From positions 96,001 through 160,000 of the forward strand of contig CBDHDF010000010.1 of the NCBI GenBank assembly GCA_965261545.1: DNA of 64,000 nt, given 5' to 3'. Below are positions 60,568 to 64,000 of this stretch, one piece after another (the first letter of the stretch is position 1; each line of letters begins with the position of its first letter). The notes beneath the pieces were generated by a model. The model was not told the origin of the DNA. It searched no databases and saw nothing but the letters and a program-made list of their open reading frames with translations. Both the position numbers and the translations under genes were made by a program. This DNA comes from Bdellovibrionales bacterium. GTDB taxonomy: Bacteria > Bdellovibrionota > Bdellovibrionia > Bdellovibrionales > UBA1609.

Positions 60568-62664
60568 ATGAACGTCTTGAATAAACAAAAACAAGAAGAG
60601 ATATTAACATTAATTATAGCAGGTCGCTCCTTTCGTGAAATAGCGAAAAGGCTACATGTCAGTCGATTTACAGTTTCAGAATATGCTAAAGCCCATAGTG
60701 TCATTGCGAAAAAAGGGCGCACAGGAGGTGTGGAGCCAAAGTCTCTACCTTTTTCAGGTCCCCCTGAAGCAGAACCATCATCTTCAGGGTCCCTTGAGGT
60801 TTGCTCTGTAGAGTCTTCAAGTGCTTCTGTAATCCAGATCCAAGAGCCCGATGAAGTTTCGGTTTCCTCTACAGAGGCCAATCAGCGGACACTCCTTGGG
60901 GAATCAGGCCTAACACCAGTAGAATCTCATTCAGCACCCCCTGTGGAGCCATGCTCAACTTCTTTGGCCGTGTCTGATTTGGTTAGCATGGGCCCCAGTG
61001 TTTGCCAAAAGCCCCCATCTCCAACCACCACCATGGTGGAAACGAATTTAGCTGCTCCTACAGAAACTGGATCCACCGACTGTGTAGCTCATTTAATCGA
61101 ACGAGACAAGCCAGTTCCACCCTCACCTATGGATACAAAGCAGGCTTTTGCCAATGAAAAGCCACCTACTCTTTCTTCTTCGGAATTAGGTTTTGTTGTC
61201 CCCATGGAAGTAACAAAACCCTTTGAGACAGCACCACCTGAATTGAAAAAGTCTCTTACTGACCAGGCTTCCCCAAAGCACCCTCAACAATCTTCCTACC
61301 ATCAGTCGGCTTGTGAGCCCCACAGGGTTTGGATTGAAAATCAGGCTTTGAACTTAGAGCGCAATCGAATGGCCATCTACCAAGATTTGGTGGAGAAATT
61401 TGGTTTTTCTCACTCCTACGACAGCGTGAAAAAATTTGTAAGGAAGCTGAAGAAGAGTACCCCCAAACGCTATGATCGCTTGGATTTTCCCCCCGGAGAG
61501 GAAGCCCAAGTGGATTATGGCCAAGGGGCTCTGACTATTCACCCCCGGACAGGCAAATATAGGCGGCCTCGCCTTTTTGTGATGACCCTCAAGTACTCTC
61601 GTGCCTCTTTTCGCAAGGTTGTTTGGAAGTCCAGCCAAGAGACGTGGAGCAGACTCCATGAGGAGGCTTTTCATTATTTTTTGGGCTGCCCTCAATATGT
61701 CGTCTTAGACAATCTCAAGGAAGGTGTTATTAAGCCAGATATCTATGAGCCAACGCTGAACGCCGTTTATAGCGCTGTACTGACTCACTACGGGGTCGTT
61801 GCTGACCCGGCAAGAGTTCGTGATCCTGATAGGAAAGGAACCGTTGAGCACGCCATTCACCACACCCAAGACACAGCACTGAAGGGTCGTTCATTTAAAA
61901 CCATTGAGGAGCAAAATGAGTGGCTCATGCACTGGGAGCACACTTGGGCTCGCCCTCGAGTCCATGGTCGCACCAAGCGGGTCGTTTCTGAGATGTTTGA
62001 AGAAGAGAGCCCCTTTCTCAAAAAGCTCCCCCAAAAGAAATTTGATTTTTTTAAACAAGAGATACGAACAGTTGCAGACGATGGGCTCATTCAAGTGGGA
62101 AACAGTTACTATTGCGCCTACCCTTCTGATCTAAAGAGCCAAGTCATTGTGCGTATTTATGATAAAGACATAGAGATTATGGACCCTGCCACGATGAGTG
62201 TGATCCGCCGCCACCAAAAAGCCACTCTCCCGGGGAGTCTCTCTTTGCTAGACAAAGATCGTGTTTATAATCCATCTCGCCATGTAGAAAATATTTTAGC
62301 TGATGCGGGTCAGATTGGCCCTCAAACAAAAGCTTTTTGTCAGTCATTACTCAGGGTGGATGAGAGAGTTGGAAACAGGCAGATGCGTGGGGTGGTGTCC
62401 TTGGCTAAAAAATATCACTCTGATCTTATTGAAAAAGCAGCCATTCAGGCTGTGAGCAGAGGGGTCTTATCTCTTAGGGTCTTTAAAAGGCTTGTTGAGG
62501 AACTACAGCCCCCTGTGGATGAGAAAAAGATGGAATCCCACCTCACCCAAGACCACGACATCATTCGACCACCATCCGAGTATGCCATCTACTGGGATTT
62601 ACATGCCAACAACGAAATCCACCACTCACCCTTACACCCTCAGCCTAGCACCAACCTTACTTAA
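60568..62664 (+). CDS. istA: IS21 transposase with a long Pro/Ser/Thr-rich insertion
   Basis: N-terminal HTH, PGEEAQVDYG, LKYSR, LDNLKEGV, KGTVE. Confidence 0.92.
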   Translation: MNVLNKQKQEEILTLIIAGRSFREIAKRLHVSRFTVSEYAKAHSVIAKKGRTGGVEPKSLPFSGPPEAEPSSSGSLEVCSVESSSASVIQIQEPDEVSVSSTEANQRTLLGESGLTPVESHSAPPVEPCSTSLAVSDLVSMGPSVCQKPPSPTTTMVETNLAAPTETGSTDCVAHLIERDKPVPPSPMDTKQAFANEKPPTLSSSELGFVVPMEVTKPFETAPPELKKSLTDQASPKHPQQSSYHQSACEPHRVWIENQALNLERNRMAIYQDLVEKFGFSHSYDSVKKFVRKLKKSTPKRYDRLDFPPGEEAQVDYGQGALTIHPRTGKYRRPRLFVMTLKYSRASFRKVVWKSSQETWSRLHEEAFHYFLGCPQYVVLDNLKEGVIKPDIYEPTLNAVYSAVLTHYGVVADPARVRDPDRKGTVEHAIHHTQDTALKGRSFKTIEEQNEWLMHWEHTWARPRVHGRTKRVVSEMFEEESPFLKKLPQKKFDFFKQEIRTVADDGLIQVGNSYYCAYPSDLKSQVIVRIYDKDIEIMDPATMSVIRRHQKATLPGSLSLLDKDRVYNPSRHVENILADAGQIGPQTKAFCQSLLRVDERVGNRQMRGVVSLAKKYHSDLIEKAAIQAVSRGVLSLRVFKRLVEELQPPVDEKKMESHLTQDHDIIRPPSEYAIYWDLHANNEIHHSPLHPQPSTNLT

Positions 62665-62707
62665 TCCACCCCCCCAACCCCTCTTCTAGAGGAAAGGAGC
62701 AATCACA

Positions 62708-63478
62708 ATGCCAATGTCACCTACAGAAATACAAGAGACTCTCAAAAGCCTTAAGCTTATAGGCATGTTTGAAACATTTGAGGCTCGAAGTTACCAACAC
62801 ACACAGAACCAACAAAACTTCCAAGAGACCTTCTCATTGCTCTTACAGGATGAAAAGGATTTCAAGAAAAGCAAAAAATGTGAGAGACTCCTCAAAGCAT
62901 CCAAACTCACGGAAGAGTCCACCCTCACTGGCTTTGACTGGAATTTTAACCCAAAAATACCGAAACCAATGATCTTGGAATTAATGAACTTGAAGTTCAT
63001 CAAGCAGGGGGAGGGAGCCTTGCTTATTGGCTCCCCTGGAACTGGAAAAAGCCACATTGCAAAAGCTATAGCCACCAAGGTCTGTTCCATATCAAATTAC
63101 AAGGTTTTGTATCAAGAAGCTCACAAGCTCTTTGAAAATCTCTTTGAGGCCAGGCAGCTGGGGCGCAGAAAGAGGTTCTACACCCAACTCATCCATGTGG
63201 ACCTATTGATCATTGATGATCTTTTTCTTAGAAAGCGCATCCCACCAGAGGCTTGTGATGACTTCCAGGAAATCATTCTGGATCGATACTCAGCGAGAAA
63301 AAGCACTCTTATTACCTCCAATCGTATTATTGAAGATTGGGGAAAGTGTTTGGGCGATAATACCGTGGCCTCTGCCATCCTGGATCGCCTTCTCCACTGT
63401 AGCCAACTATTAAAATTTGAGGGAAAAAGCTACCGATTGAAGGAAGCTTCAAACCGACTTGTCAAGATAAAAAATTAA
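62708..63478 (+). CDS. istB: IS21 helper ATPase
   Basis: GSPGTGKSH, LIIDDL, TSNR, AILDRLLH. Confidence 0.93.
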   Translation: MPMSPTEIQETLKSLKLIGMFETFEARSYQHTQNQQNFQETFSLLLQDEKDFKKSKKCERLLKASKLTEESTLTGFDWNFNPKIPKPMILELMNLKFIKQGEGALLIGSPGTGKSHIAKAIATKVCSISNYKVLYQEAHKLFENLFEARQLGRRKRFYTQLIHVDLLIIDDLFLRKRIPPEACDDFQEIILDRYSARKSTLITSNRIIEDWGKCLGDNTVASAILDRLLHCSQLLKFEGKSYRLKEASNRLVKIKN

Positions 63479-64000
63479 ATGTAGGGTGAGCCCATCTTGT
63501 CAGATCACCCTAAATGGATGGTTTTGTTAGCCCACAAATGGATGGTTTTGTCCGCCCCTCCGGGTCTGGCCCATCGGGGCTGGTAAGGGTGTTCATTTTA
63601 TTTTCTCAAGTCCCAATCCTAGATGCTCAGTAAGCCCGCAGGGCAGGCAATCACCAAATTTGATTATTGTCAGCTAACAGCACAGCACCTAACATCTCTA
63701 ACAAATGACCTAGACATGGACCAAACCTTCTTTTGAAGCTCCTCAATTATGGCCCGGCGCAGACCCCGATGGGCAGAAGGGCCATAAAAGTGGAGTAAGA
63801 AAAGAAACAACGCAAAGCGCAAAAACTTATCTTGCCTGACAAGTCCAACTTCTTCCGTTGCCCCAGCCCCGGGGGGCCAGTTCATGGAAAATTCCAAAAA
63901 TTTAGGTCAACAACAGGTCAACAAAAAGTCAACTGACTTTGAAATAACCCGAAAGATTCAGAAATATAGACTTAAAATCATAGTCTCAAGTTGTGTGTTT

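Larger units (their letters stand above)
60449..63564 (+). mobile_element. IS21-family element with CC...GG termini
   Basis: Inverted ends with a duplicated caaaaccatccattt; TCTGGC repeated at 60443-60448 and 63565-63570. Confidence 0.85.

Overview
AT-rich bacterial genomic-island window with no housekeeping genes. The lineage is uncertain; gene style suggests Bdellovibrionota/Deltaproteobacteria (inference only). 1-16.5 kb is a defence and IS region: SIR2-HerA plus a small membrane protein, a NYN RNase between 128-bp direct repeats, att-like tRNA remnants, and nested IS1634/rve/ISNCY/IS21 elements. 16.8-33 kb is an ICE-like backbone: tyrosine integrase and excisionase, a Replic_Relax/MOBC-like relaxase, an FtsK-type coupling ATPase and VirB2/3/4/5/6/8/9/10-like genes. 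33-64 kb is cargo: an IS256 interrupted by an ORF-less group II intron whose removal restores the transposase frame, a DUF285/BspA lipoprotein, an IS4 carrying a SEC-C gene, a TonB-dependent receptor, a TIR-STAND protein and two IS21 elements. The best candidate for an undescribed system is a tightly coupled operon at 44.0-53.9 kb. It runs sigma54 promoter, sigma54 response regulator (IS21-disrupted here), radical SAM/SPASM-like enzyme, small signal-peptide protein, family-5 peptide-binding protein, hybrid histidine kinase. This looks like a RiPP-type autoinducing (quorum-sensing) circuit. All calls come from motifs read by eye; no database search was run.
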